Made by a program: the position numbers and the translations under genes. From Phoronis australis (Eukaryota > Animalia > Phoronida): DNA of 64,000 nucleotides. The number at the start of each line of letters is the position of its first letter. Position 1 is the stretch's first letter. The notes below the pieces were generated by a model. It was given only the letters and a program-made list of their open reading frames with translations. It was not told the origin of the DNA and ran no database searches. Location: positions 428,434 to 492,433 of the forward strand of contig NMRA01000026.1 of the NCBI GenBank assembly GCA_002633005.1, in the 5' to 3' direction. Shown here one piece after another: positions 51,582-64,000 of this stretch.

Positions 51582-51727
51582 CAGGGGCGGATCCAGGATT
51601 TTGAGCTAGGGGTGTCCAGAGCAGAGTATTAGCCAGGATTTTACCCGTCTGACATTCGCACCCCCGAACTGCCAAAATGGAATCTGGGAGAATTTTAGGG
51701 GGGCATGCCCCCCTAAATCCGCCACTG
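51582..51727. mobile_element. CAGGGGCGGATCCAGG-type MITE (related copies near 52149, 53417-53572 and 55860)
   Basis: TIR caggggcggatccagg / ctaaatccgccactg; flanks aaagt/aatgt. Confidence 0.7.
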
Positions 51728-52530
51728 AATGTGAACCTTGAAATCCTATCCACTGCCTAAGGAGGACTCATTTCTAAGAGATCCTTCAGCGTAAGGTACA
51801 CTAAATTTTCGGAAAGGTGTGCCGGTACCCCAATTCCCAAGGAAATTCCTAGCATAGTATCCTTATAGTTTATCTCAATAACAGAAGTCGCTCATTTTCA
51901 TTATGCCATTGAAAAAACACGGCAGAGTACTTTCACTGAACGGCAACTATAAACTGGTAGATCACAATTTTTGTTGTTTGTAACGGTTGTTAAGTACACT
52001 CCGACTCCTAGTTATTTACGCACGTCACGATTTTCTTTTCTGGTTTGTGCACTTCACCTGAGCGTATAGGCCGGTGTTTTAACACATGGACAATCCTATG
52101 CGTGTATATGCCGTACATTCAAGCTCACTCAGTCCTACTCCCTTGTTACAGTGGCGGATCTAAGATGTCACGAGGGGCCCAACATGATTAATTTTGTGAT
52201 ATTCAATGTACGTTTTTGTCACAGGTAGAATTTTCGTATCATTTTGACGATATTTATTCCCTCGTCAATTTCAAGTGTGTTCAGTAGTGATTCACTGTAT
52301 CAAGAACTCATATCACTGAGTGAATGTATAGTCCTCATCGAGCTTTGAGTTGAGATGTAGTTCGTTTGAGAACCACAGCTTACTAGTAGCTCGCAGCTAC
52401 GTGCATGTACTTATAAAGCCTTCAGGCTGAAATGTTACATTTTTTGCCTTTGTAAATCCTTGCCAATAATATCAGCCAATACGGTATTTTTCTTGGAAAG
52501 TATGTCGAACTACGGGGGGGGGGGGGCAGT

Positions 52531-52568
52531 NNNNNNNNNNNNNNNNNNNNNNNNNNNNNNNNNNNNNN
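52531..52568. other. Assembly gap (38 N) next to a poly-G run
   Basis: Ns in the sequence. Confidence 1.
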
Positions 52569-55500
52569 GAGTAAAAAGGTTGAAATGCACGACGAAGTGG
52601 TTTAGACTGAGTATTTTAAATTGACCACTTGCGACACACGATCACCATATTAAGGAATAAAATCACTTTGTGATCAGTTTTTGGCGGGGGGGGGGTAATT
52701 TTGTTTTGATGTTTTTGATATCATAGAATATTATTTTTCATAGACGTAAAAAGTCCACTTGTTTAAACTTGGACATTATGAAATTTGACTTTTATGTATG
52801 GCTAGCACTGCAAGTGCCCATAAAGTAGTAATACTGTAAATGGTACTTCCAGGTGTTGCACAAGTTATAAAAACACAGTTTGTTATTTTTCACATTAAAA
52901 TGCAAATTTAAGGCAAATTTCTACCATTCCAAACATTTAATATTATCACTGAACCTGCAAATTTAAATGTACTACGGTAAAATCTCACCAGCTTAGGACA
53001 CAACACGGCGGACAAGTGAAATTTTATGTTTTCATTTTTTCAATAAAAGATAGGTAGCACCAAATACACGCTTTACCATTTTAAATGCCTGTGCCATAGC
53101 TACCTATACAGGTAATGTTTCCTGCAACTGTGGACATTCAAAACAATATTAGAAGCGTTTGAAATTGAAAAAGGACCACTTTTGGCAATTATTTTTTTCA
53201 GAAATCGGTAAGATTTTACCGTACCAAAGTGATCATGTATCTAATTAGTTTTATGAGACGTGTACAATTTTGTTTCCAGATCCTTCGTACTTTCTTTCTG
53301 GTTTTTGGTGAAGATGGAGCAGCTTTAATTTAGCAAAATTCATAGTGAATAGTTTCTTCAAGTGACGAGTCAATCGCATTCTCTTATAAAATTAGAAAGA
53401 ACCCGATACTTGTTGGCAGGGGCCTATCCAGGATTTTTAAAAGGGGGTTCGAATCAAGGATGTTTTTGAAAAAAAGGGTCCTAGTCAATAATTTCAAAAT
53501 CTAGATTTCATATCATTAAAATCAAGGAAAAAGGGGGGTCCGAAACCCCCTGACCCCCTGGATCCACCTATGTGCTGTTGTTTTGACCACTGCATTGTTT
53601 CTGAGTCATTGCATTGTTCGTTTGAAGTTGTTTCAAATGTGCATATGCAGTGCAATACAAAGGTAATCAGATAAAATACTGTTTTCTCGTCATGACGGCT
53701 AGTTCTGTTAACAGCAAAATCACCAGTTATCACAATTAGGGCTGCAAAATTCTAATTACAGAGTTGCTTATCCACCTTACTGAGTTTCATATTAATTCGC
53801 CTTCATTCTTGGTAATGAGGGAAGACTACTCCAGTGATGAATTCGGCTTCCGCGCGGTCATTGTGTCCGAATACTCTTGGCTTGCGCTGTATGTGCTTCT
53901 ATCTGTGCTGAGATGTATAGCAGGAATTATTAAATGTTAACACTGTTTCAACAAATCCTGTGCCAACCAAGCAGTTGAATTAATTGATTATTTGTAAATG
54001 TGTAAACAAATGGATGACCCGCTTTGCACTAATGACGTGCCTCTCGGAAAACATTGTAGTGTCGTCATATTTTCTTAGCACCACGTCACGTTACATATTG
54101 GACATATGGCTCGGTGATTTTCGACAAATGTCTTTAATCACAAAACTTGTTCTCAAAACATTTAGCAACTTACATGTTGCTTTACAATCGTGCATTCTCT
54201 TTTACTCATGCCGCTATACAGTGTTCGTCCATTTCCGTACCATGATGTACCTTACCGCATATATATGTACAGAAAATGATAACGATTGTTCACTTGGTTA
54301 CTTAGCGATGAAGGATGCTTGGCACAGATTGGTCCCCTCTACTCAGTATATACGGTAATTCCGTCACTTTCGTGTTCTCGACGTATACAGCGCTGGTGTT
54401 CATTTGAAGTAAATGCGTAGCACTGATGCAGACCTTATTCTACAGGCTGCACTTGTCTTCGAGTTGTTCTGCTTATAGCATATTTAGAATAATTCAATAT
54501 GTATGGAATAACCACATAACAACACACAAACGGCGTTCTCTGTGTTCTCCAACAACCCTCTTGAATGCGAAAGTAACGACACCTATCAGACTAGTCAACT
54601 CACGCGATTTTGTGAATAAAAAAGTCAATACTGTCGGGAACTAAACAGTAGTTTTGGCTAACGCGAAGTCGACTGGGCGCAGGAGGCCACGACAGGGATA
54701 CTGCATAGCAAAACATATACAACATAATCAAATTTCCTTCTATTAAATCATTTTAATTTAAACACTGTGTTATACCGTGAGTATAACTGGCATACATGTA
54801 TGTTTGCTCACTTACAAAACTCAACTTCTTGTTCCCCTTCAAAAATCCACCTCGTTAAATAAATTCTTCGTTATTGTCGCAAAAACTTGTCCTCTGTTAA
54901 GAGAAATGACATCCATTTACCGTAAAACTATAAGATTGGTCTCAACGTGTGATTTGTGAGAGCAAAGAACGTTGCTGGCTGAAAACACTAAGGTCGCTGA
55001 GATGGGTTAGCCTGGGGGTGGGGTGTTATTTTACGTTCCGATCGTGGTCTTCAGCCCCCAAACCCCTTCTAAGCCGCCGAGTCATGAACAATTTAAGGCG
55101 AGTTTTATAACCGTGTGTGGTTCACCTTTTCCACCGAAAACTTTCAGGCGATACCCTGCCGTTAGCCACTTTTATTCAATGAGCTTTAATAATTGTAGCC
55201 CAAAATATTAGAGCCAATTGCCATCGATAGACAGCGCACGCACGCTAAACGAACCGAGAAACAACAGACCGTTGTGTAACTCAAGAATCTCTTGAAAGCT
55301 AATAGGTATAGCGATATCAAGTGCGTGCTTGCATTATATCTCCTAACTCACGAGAGGGTAACCTCAGTTATTGAAGTATCGGGTGTGCAATCACATTACA
55401 GACAAGGATTCTACAACTGTAACGCTAGGCCTCAACAAGGCTGCGTTTATCATTTGGGTCCTAGTCTCGACCATGAGTGAATGTGTACCGTATCTTGGTT

Positions 55501-57553
55501 CAAAGCAATTTTAGACTGAATGACAATCAGTAACCATGACATTTCTTATATGAGAAGATCAAAATTCACCTTACTTTAATTGGTTTTTAAAGTAGGTGAT
55601 TTCACTAACCATCTCACCACCTGCCCAATAAACTTATTTGGTAGTTATGAAGTCCATTTTTTATTGTCTCAGTCCACGAAAGATCAGTTACAACTGTGTT
55701 ACTTGTATATTTAGAACTGACGGTTCTAGGATGTGATTTGAGGAGGAGGGAGGGGGTCTGTCGTATCCCACTGCAATTTCCAAGGAATAAACGTTTGGGA
55801 CAACCCTAAAACAGTATGCGTCGTCGGTTTATTCTTTTGGTTGCACCGATAGAGAGAAGGGTGGGAATCCGCACCCCCCCGCAAATCCGCATATGGAAAC
55901 AACGTGTAGTAGAGTGATCGACCAACCAGACTGCAAGTGATCAAAGCGAATTACGGGGTAGATAAGAATGCGTTTGACTCAAGAGTGGGGGTCAAGTTGG
56001 ACCGCACGAGTCTCTTGCAGGTACGTGCGTTCCCAGACGCAAGAATCTCGCCAAAGAGCAAGATCACGCAAAATCGCGCGAGTGAAGGTAACTGACGAGT
56101 ATGCTCCGAAGCGTATAGAGCGTATTCCAATAAACAAGATGGTTGCCACTCAAGTGATTGGTCGGAGAGGTTATTATGGGATTACTATTTTCATCACTCC
56201 GTAAACTAAGATTCTTCGTGAGTGTCTTGAGTCTACGAAACACACACCTAGTTTATGCTGTTTTGCAGAAAGCATGTTTGAAACGTACCTTTAAAACTGG
56301 TACAAACCATTTGTCTATCGAAGCGAACACGGTAGCGTTATCTTTAACTTTGGCGTCGTAAAACTGGTTTCAACTTTGTCACCCATTCACTAACCATGTC
56401 TGACTCCAAGTATGAAATACTTAGGACCCTTCGTGATACGGTCCTTAAGTCTCACAGCTATGACGGGCGCGGCTTGTAACTCCGTTACTGGGATTTTTGT
56501 AAAAAAATAATCATTGGCTTAAGTCACTTATCGTTATGAAATTAGTCTCAAATTATTCTTTTGAAGAAAAAGGTGTAATTTCTGGGTTTAGAAGAAAATG
56601 AGAGCTCATTATTTCTTCATAACAAACTCATAAAATTTCAGGTTAGACCGTGACCTAGTGGAGCAACCAGTTACCAATAAGTCTCACAGTAACCTGAAAT
56701 CGAACGATCTTTGTCAGAAGAAATCACGAAGGAGTAGGTCTTCCCCGAGTGATGGCTACAAAACGAAAATCAAACTGGACGATTTGCCCTCATGAAGCTG
56801 TCCCGCATGGTTTCGATGTTCTTGTAGGTAACCCATAGTTCTACTGTAAGCATTATTGCGAGACCGGAGTTGGAGTAAAATGCCAAATTCGATTTCTCAT
56901 TTAGCCTGCTAAACAGGGTGAATTGCAGTTTTTGACCACTTTAACTTCATAATTGTAGGTGCCTTAAAATACACCTGTAATTATAAAGTTAACATGGTCT
57001 AGCTACTACGAGACGACGGAGATTTGGGGGCTAAGAAAGACCTGACGATTTACTGTTGCTTGTCTCCATGCATAAAATGGTCAGAGCGGTCAAGCCACAA
57101 CTTTCTGAGCCTCGTCTCAAACTATAACGAACTACGAAGTCTTTTCGCCCAGAAATGGCTGTTTTCTAAAATTACTAAAACAACCTGAGAGCAGTGTCAT
57201 GACGCTTTTTAAATCTTTGGGGCTTGAATTAAAATTATGTTTGTTTTTTGACTGAGTCCGTGTTTGTAGCACCTTGAAAATTATATCGGCATCTTGAAAA
57301 AAACTTCGCCAGCTGACGTTAACCGGTAGGTGTTAACACTGAGACATCTACCATGACAACACACACAACGCCGCGGTTGTAGACGGTTTCGGTAGTATTG
57401 TCCTCTTCGAAGTATAATTGCTCTTCTTCACAAAACATGGGTCTTTGGAACGGCAACCCTTCCAAAAATGCCCAGCCGAAAGAAAAGTTCTTTCAAAGGA
57501 AATGCGTCATGTCGTATAACTAGCTGTACTTCGGGAGCAAGTTTTCGGTTATA

Positions 57554-58754
57554 CAGAATTTGTTAAACGCACGACTTTTCATTGTTCACAATCTTTATTC
57601 CGTTACGTTCGTACTTTCAGAACAAAACTCTACACTCAGCTGAGCATAGATAAAGTAATTGACCTAACGACAAAATTAAAAGACACACGATATTTCGAAA
57701 CGTACTTGTTTCATTCTCTAGGTATAAGATCGCCGTTGTGGTCAACTTCCTAAAGAGGGCGTATTCGGTGTCGTCCAACTGGCTATTGTTCAATCAAGAG
57801 GTAAACCGCAGAAGACAAACTGTTACACTGGTGAATAATGGGTATACCAATGCTTTTGTAGATTTCCATATTAAGCGATTTGTGTCCTGAATTAGCTATG
57901 AAGTCCCTACACGTCGGACGGGTGTCAACAAAAAGATATTTTACAAAAATGTCATGTCTAATAATTACCTCCAGGACGAACTCGCCATTAAGAAAATTAT
58001 AAGGGATAATGTTAAAGTTTGTAAACCTGATGATTACCTCGATGTAATTATTTATTATCGGAATAGGAAGTCATCCAACTTGGTCATGAAAAATCACATT
58101 TCTAAAGCGAAAGTCCGCCCCGTTGCACAGTGTAATGTGTTGTTTATGAGTTTGTATGCCCTATGAACGAATGTCTTCGTTCAAACGTCAAACCATGTTA
58201 CATTGGTCAAACGGTTTTGCACTCTTTCCCGTCGGTTATCCATGCATCTTCAAAATGGTGCCATCCAAGATCATTTTCTGCAATGTCACGAACGTAAAAT
58301 AACCCGTCAACAAATTGTGGAAACACGTCAATCCGCTACGTGGAGAAAGATGTGCTGCGTTTGAAAGTTAGAGTCCCTAATCGCTTTTGAGAAGCCTCTT
58401 TTGAATGAGCAGCAAACAGGGTCGCGTCGCACGTTACACTTGTTAATTTTCGTGACTTTCCTGTTACCCCCCCTTCACTAGTCTTTCTTTGCAGTACTTC
58501 ACACCCGCTGTGTCTCACAGTTTGTGTTAACAGCTTACGGTATACTCAGTGGTGGCATTACTGCGTCATTTTATCTTCACTTGAGAATGAAACAAGTATG
58601 TTTCGAAATATCGTGTGTCTTTTAATTGTGTCGCTAGGTCAGTTATTGTATCTACCGGTATGTTCAGTTGAGAGTAGAGTTTTGTTCCGAAAGTACGAAC
58701 GTAACGGAACAAAGACTGTGAACAATGAAAGTGTCGTGCGTTTAACAAATTCTG
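57554..58754 (+). mobile_element. 5'-truncated Penelope-like retroelement: RT C-terminal linker and GIY-YIG endonuclease relic between inverted ~180-bp pLTRs
   Basis: Frames give YKIAVVVNFLKRAYSVSSNWLLFNQEVNR...LVNNGYTNAFVD, IFYKNVMSNNY..DELAIKKII...IYYRNRKSSNLVMKN, then CPMNEC..YIGQT...LSRRLSMHLQNGAIQDHF. 57554-57730 is the reverse complement of 58573-58754. Confidence 0.85.
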
Positions 58755-58819
58755 CATGTCGTATAACTATACTTCTGAGCAGACGAAAAGTATTTGTATG
58801 AGGCGCCAGAATACGATAG

Positions 58820-59123
58820 ACACGGGGGTACGTACAAAGAACAAATTACAGGATGTACCGCTCAGAAGGGTATTTATTTCATGACCATTTTCCCTACGAA
58901 AAGGCACCTTTTCAGACAAAATTTTATACAAAACTTTCTCTTGGGGAAACTCGAAACTTATAAAACTTTTTTCCAACTAAAAAACAAAACTACAGTGATG
59001 TTTCTGGAGAAAAAACTGCGAAAAAATATAGCACCTCTCCTTTTCCACTCTCTGAACGGTAACCAGGTGTCTTAATTTTCCATCTGTACCCCCACGGTCG
59101 AAAAAATAGTCGAGTACCCCCGG
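58820..59123. mobile_element. CCCGGGGGTAC-type MITE (related pieces near 39360-39590 and 40114-40580)
   Basis: cacgggggtacg ... gagtacccccgg ends, with internal aaggcacctttt-type repeats. Confidence 0.5.
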
Positions 59124-59851
59124 ATAGGCTAGCACTGCATGGTGGAATAGCAAAAACATGACCGTAATTCAGACGGCTGTACATTTACGTCAATAAAAAA
59201 ACATCCCGTGAAGATAAGGACTAGCAGTCTGCTCAGTGTCGTCTGGTCTGGCCGTCTGGTACATAAGAGATAGTGGCTGTGCATGATTTTGCAAAAGGAT
59301 TGTTACTTCACGTATTAATGTTGCCGCACCACCCCTCAAACATACAGTGGTTTCGGCCGGTTCACATCCATAAGTAGGTCACCTTAGGCTAAAACAGACA
59401 CGTGACTGATTGCGAGCTGTGAACAAATACGATGTTGTTTACGCTGTAACTCGAATTCAATAGTTGGTCTGATGTTTTCGTTCGATAATTTCCTTTATGC
59501 CGGTCAGTCACGTAACTTAGTGGTCGAAACGTTCAGATAAATGAACATACCAATCAAGATGGACCGTAATTCCGAAGTTTTATGAAGTTTTTAAAACAGA
59601 CTTGAGACTTGGTTGCGGATAATCGTGAGACTTAGAGTTCCTCACCTCAGACAAGCGTGGGAAGTTCCGCAAAGTTTCCCGCGATGCGATTAGCGTATGG
59701 TACCGATACAGCCTTACAGGTGCGCCATGCCAGACCATCCTCGTGAAATGGCTCGCTCGCTCAGGCAATCATGTTGTGTTAGGAATAAAATTCAGTCATG
59801 TTTTTAAACATTTATAGTGAATCTGTTAGTCGACAACACATTCCTGTCGTC

Positions 59852-59960
59852 ATGACTAAGACATGGATGGTTTTCAGCGTATTAGTCAGCATTCTGACGT
59901 TTGCGGACGCTACAACGACTCCCAAAACAAGTTCCCGTGAGGCAGGGAGGCGAGAATTTG
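59852..59960 (+). CDS. Probable first coding exon of a secreted or membrane protein (signal peptide)
   Basis: gtcATGa context. MTKTWMVFSVLVSILTFADA-TTTPKTSSREAGRREF has a basic n-region, hydrophobic h-region and A-x-A cleavage site. Ends at a perfect G|gtgagt donor, phase 1. Downstream exons not identified. Confidence 0.5.
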
Positions 59961-60699
59961 GTGAGTTGATGGTTATCACATTTGGGCGATAGTTCTACTT
60001 AACTAATTGTGAGTGTGAAACCAAATTGAGGGGTGCCATTTGAACACTCCAGATCTAACTGACACAGACACACCGGGAACAGTCTGTTGCAGTCTGCCCC
60101 AGTTGGTTACAATGGACAAAGATTTAGGGGACATTTAGTGATTGCCTGGTTCTCTAACTCAGTGTTGTTATACATCCGACCAGAGCCAACTGGGTCTGGA
60201 GACAATGCTATATCAAAAGATAAAGTGACAATAATGAGTGAGACTTTGGAAAGTTTACAGCTTGTGAACCGTAGCGGAACTATAATTATGCACGAAAATA
60301 AAGATGTGGAGCATGCTGAATCACAGATGTTTAATTTTTGTCACAGCAGAATACAAATTGGTTATTGTTTACAATCCGACTCCATTAACGTACATACTTA
60401 ATACTACTATTTTCTGAATCTTCTCACCAAGGTGATCATGGTGATTCCAAAAATGTATTAATCGTACCAAATAGGCTCTTCTTATTCATGCATTCACTGT
60501 TTTTTACGAGGTGTTCATCTGCGGCAGCCGATCTCGAGTGACCGCCATTATAAAACTGCGACACCTCTCGGCAGGAATGATAACTACAACGATCACGCGT
60601 GTGTCAAAAAAGACCCCAAAATTGGCTATTATATTGAAGATACTGCGTGGCATGTTAGGGAAACTCTTAGTAAAAAATAGGGTTATTGTTTACATATTT

Positions 60700-61260
60700 T
60701 ATAAAAAGAATGCATGCTGAATGAAATTAGATATCCTTTGCAGTATTTGACCCTTTAATGCATTATGACCCCCAGTAGCGAAATTTAATGTAAAGTCCAC
60801 AGTGTTGTTTGTGCTGAGAATCACAGTGTTTAACTTTTGCCATGTCAAAATACTCGTTGAATTATAAGGTAAAAATTTCAGAAGAAAAGTGCACTTAACG
60901 ACCTCATGGTTGCACCAAATCACTGCGTAAATCTGGAGTGTATGGTTCAAAATTTATTTTTTTGCACTTAATGACCTTTGACCTTTGTTATCTAATCGAA
61001 TGGCCCGATTTTTAATAGAATTAGTGTATTTGATTGGCATGTACAGTTACACTTGTGAGCTGAAATTGAAGAGAATTCCTTGAACGATGTGGGAGAAATA
61101 ACATTTTGAAAATTAGATGACGTCTGCACCTATTGACCTCTTCCAGTGCATTATGGGTCAAAATTACGATATTTTATAAAGTTTATGGATGCCTCAAACC
61201 TCTTTGGAAAGTTTCAAAGTTGAAACTTGAGCCGTTTGAGAGATATTAAGGTTTAGAAAT
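60700..61260. repeat. Helentron/DINE-like repeat with (TGACCTT)n motifs
   Basis: atgacctttgacctttg, ttgacctc, and aagtttcaaagttgaaacttgagccgtttgagagatat blocks. Confidence 0.4.
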
Positions 61261-62221
61261 GGTCGGAAAGGAAAATGATGATGAGAGGCAAAAGATAAAA
61301 TCCCGAGACTAACTTAGACTCTGCGAGACTAACATAGACTCTGCGCTGGTATAGGCAGAGTAATGATGAAAGATATTCCACACTCCAACTGCCAATCCCC
61401 TTTGAAGAGTTCCCACGCTCCAAATTTGATTGATCTGATTGTCTTAAATTCATGCAACTTAAGTCATTGTAAGCGTGTGTTGCCAAGTGTTTATAGGTCG
61501 TGAATAATTCTGGTCCTGTTTTGGAAAGATATCATAAATTTATGGCCTTGTTTACGCTTGATCTAAACTTGTAAACGGAGACTTACTGCTGCCAATTTTG
61601 GCATAAATCTCTGTATTGTCAGAAAGTTGCATCTTCTTTGTGAAACCAATCAACAGAAAACGGAACTTCATGGCGGCAGGGTTAGTGATTGTCATAAACA
61701 TTATTTCAACCATTTTAAAAATTAATTTCTGCGTAATTTCAAATTAATTTTAAATAAGACATAGCTTTCAATTAAATTACACTTGTAACAGACAAAGGGG
61801 TAATATTAGTAACAAAAATTACCCTCAGTCACCATTCCCACACATGTCCTTTAGGCGAGGAAAAGCTCAATATTGAACAATGAACAAATAGATATGATCA
61901 CAGATAATTTGTTAAATTTCTCCTCACTGAATCCAAACACAAGTTTTTGAATGCAGGTTTGTGTCATGCCTTGAAACTTTTTTATTCTGAGTAGTCATGA
62001 AAACTGGCTTTTATGAGCAATTTACTGCCAGAGTCAATTACTTAAAATTAGCAATGAATAGCCTGTTGTCATCTGAATGAGTTGAGGTATGTACTGCTTG
62101 CAGTGTTCTGCAAACCTGTGAGGACTTCTCGGGTGAAAACAAGAATGGCCAAAAGTCAAAATATTACCTTATGAAAATCTGTTAAAATGTCTTGATAAGG
62201 GAGTTCACATGACGAAGTGAG

Positions 62222-62380
62222 CTGGCGTGCGTTCAGTAGATGCTAGGACCTACGCTAGGACCTAGCTAAAATCTAGTCAAGGTCATGTGTTCTCATTTAA
62301 AATACACGGCAATACCTCACGTAATCTCGAGAAGTCTTGCTTTTTAGCGAGGTCCTAGCGTTACCGAACGGGAGCCTGGT
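62222..62380. mobile_element. MITE, same family as 15733-15870 (opposite orientation)
   Basis: Reverse-complement similarity across its length; same TIRs. Confidence 0.75.
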
Positions 62381-64000
62381 CAAGTGGATATAGTGTTCCA
62401 TTATTTCCTGTAAGTTTCGTGAAACGTCGAGACGAGTAAAAAGGTTATGATCCGCAATCTCTGTAGTCCCAAATTTTTCCTAGGATGTATGGGTGAGGCT
62501 GTCGAAGCATGATACTTACTATGGGTACTGGGTAGGGGCTTACCTACATAAATCATAGGTCACTGTCACTCAGAAAAGAGCAATGACAATGGATGTGAAA
62601 TGGACTGAAAGACAATTTTTCAAATTTGCAAGTTATTACAATGTAACAACTGTCGCAGCTGTCTGTCTCTGGACCTACATGATGGTAATGGCCTCTTAGC
62701 ACAGGCAGAAAGAATAGAAAACTACTCTTTAATATTTTGCACATCACTATGTCTAAATTATGGGAGAAAGGCTTCATATAAAACAGAGCATCTATTAATT
62801 TAGTCTGTTGGAAATCATGAGTGAAAATGGGTGAAACTCAAAGAAGCCGTCTTCACATAAATCTAGGTGTTACTGTATGTGCATTGATTGGTGTAACACT
62901 ACACTGTCGTCAGATGGTCAATGCCATGTAAATTAGATGCGTGTATAAGATCTAAAACTAATACTAACTTGCGAAGCAGCGTTTTAGTATATGATGGTGG
63001 TTTGGTTTGGTTTGATGCATGAACGGATGACTGTGCTTTCAGCTTGTAGCAGCGAGGCTATTCAGGCATGTAGGACCGGTTAGTAGCGGCCTCTAGAGGA
63101 TGAGGGGGATTTTCACTTTTGCTTGAAATGCCTCGCGTCTGAACATGTTCACAGTGACAGTGTCTTTTCGCAAGGTTAAACACCTTCCACTACGCCTCCC
63201 GCAGCAATGAAGAAGTACCTCCTGTTACAGCTAGGTGGTGCTAACAGTCAACTGTAATACTCGATCAGCCCATGTTCCTTCCTGAATGTCTCCAACAATC
63301 TAAATGTGTTTTTATTATTTATCTCAACGCAATTAGGTATGAAATTTTGGGTTTTGCCCACATCTTCTAGGTACCGGCAGTGCCTGTCAACAAAGATTTT
63401 CTACTTAAAGTTTGTTGCCTATGTTTAGACTAAGGTTTATTTCAGTCTCGCACATGGAGTCAGTAACAATTCTTCAATTTGGGGAAAAATTGCGAATCGT
63501 GCCATATTTCTTTTTCAAAGGCTTACCTCATTTCAAATGCTCAAATTTATATCAAATGTTGTTTTGTTATAGCTACACCATACAGTTAAGAAATTTGACA
63601 AAATAAAATTTCAACTGTCCGTCATTCATGTGGTGTCTGAAAGTGAAGAATTTTTACTGTAGGTGGTGGCATCATGGCAACACCTCAAAAAATTCTCTTT
63701 GTAAGCCAATACTCGGCGCCACCCTCTGTCTGAATTTTTAGTTTCTTATTCCGTTCACTCCATATTTTATCCCTTATGGTATTGCATTTATTAGAAGAAT
63801 GTTAAAAGGTAGGATCGTTTTTTGCGGTTTCAATGCTTATGTTTGTACGCTAATTCTCCACTTGTTCGCTCAAAAATAATTATACCAATTTTCAATGGCG
63901 GATTACCTCGCTGCAGATAACAAGAGCTCTGCCAAATGTTGTTTTATGACATTTACACAGTACAAATCAAGCCAGCATTAGATCAACATTTTCATAATCT

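Overview
Animal (invertebrate, probably a marine bilaterian) nuclear DNA: AT-rich, intron-rich and dense in non-autonomous DNA transposons, with one 38-N assembly gap. No prokaryotic features, CRISPR arrays, rRNA or intact tRNA were seen. Supported genes: (1) the last two exons of a divergent eEF2-like gene (+, 3052-3184 and 4275-4468); (2) a complete 426-aa class A peptide GPCR of the vasopressin/CCAP/NPS/GnRH receptor superfamily, in two coding exons (-, 18663-18217 and 17735-16902), with several non-canonical switch motifs; (3) a phase-compatible ~172-aa orphan gene in two coding exons (+, 48492-48760 and 49383-49632) with RFX X-box-like motifs; (4) a probable signal-peptide first exon (+, 59852-59960). 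Mobile DNA includes a Kolobok-type end carrying a decayed KolX/P2X7-ballast-like ORF, nested insertions containing a HIRAN-domain relic, a Helentron/HINE-like ~140-bp higher-order repeat array rich in CTCF-like motifs, CR1/L2 and Penelope relics (the latter between inverted repeats), hammerhead-like motifs, many MITEs, and long or compound palindromes. All calls are by eye; no database searches were run.
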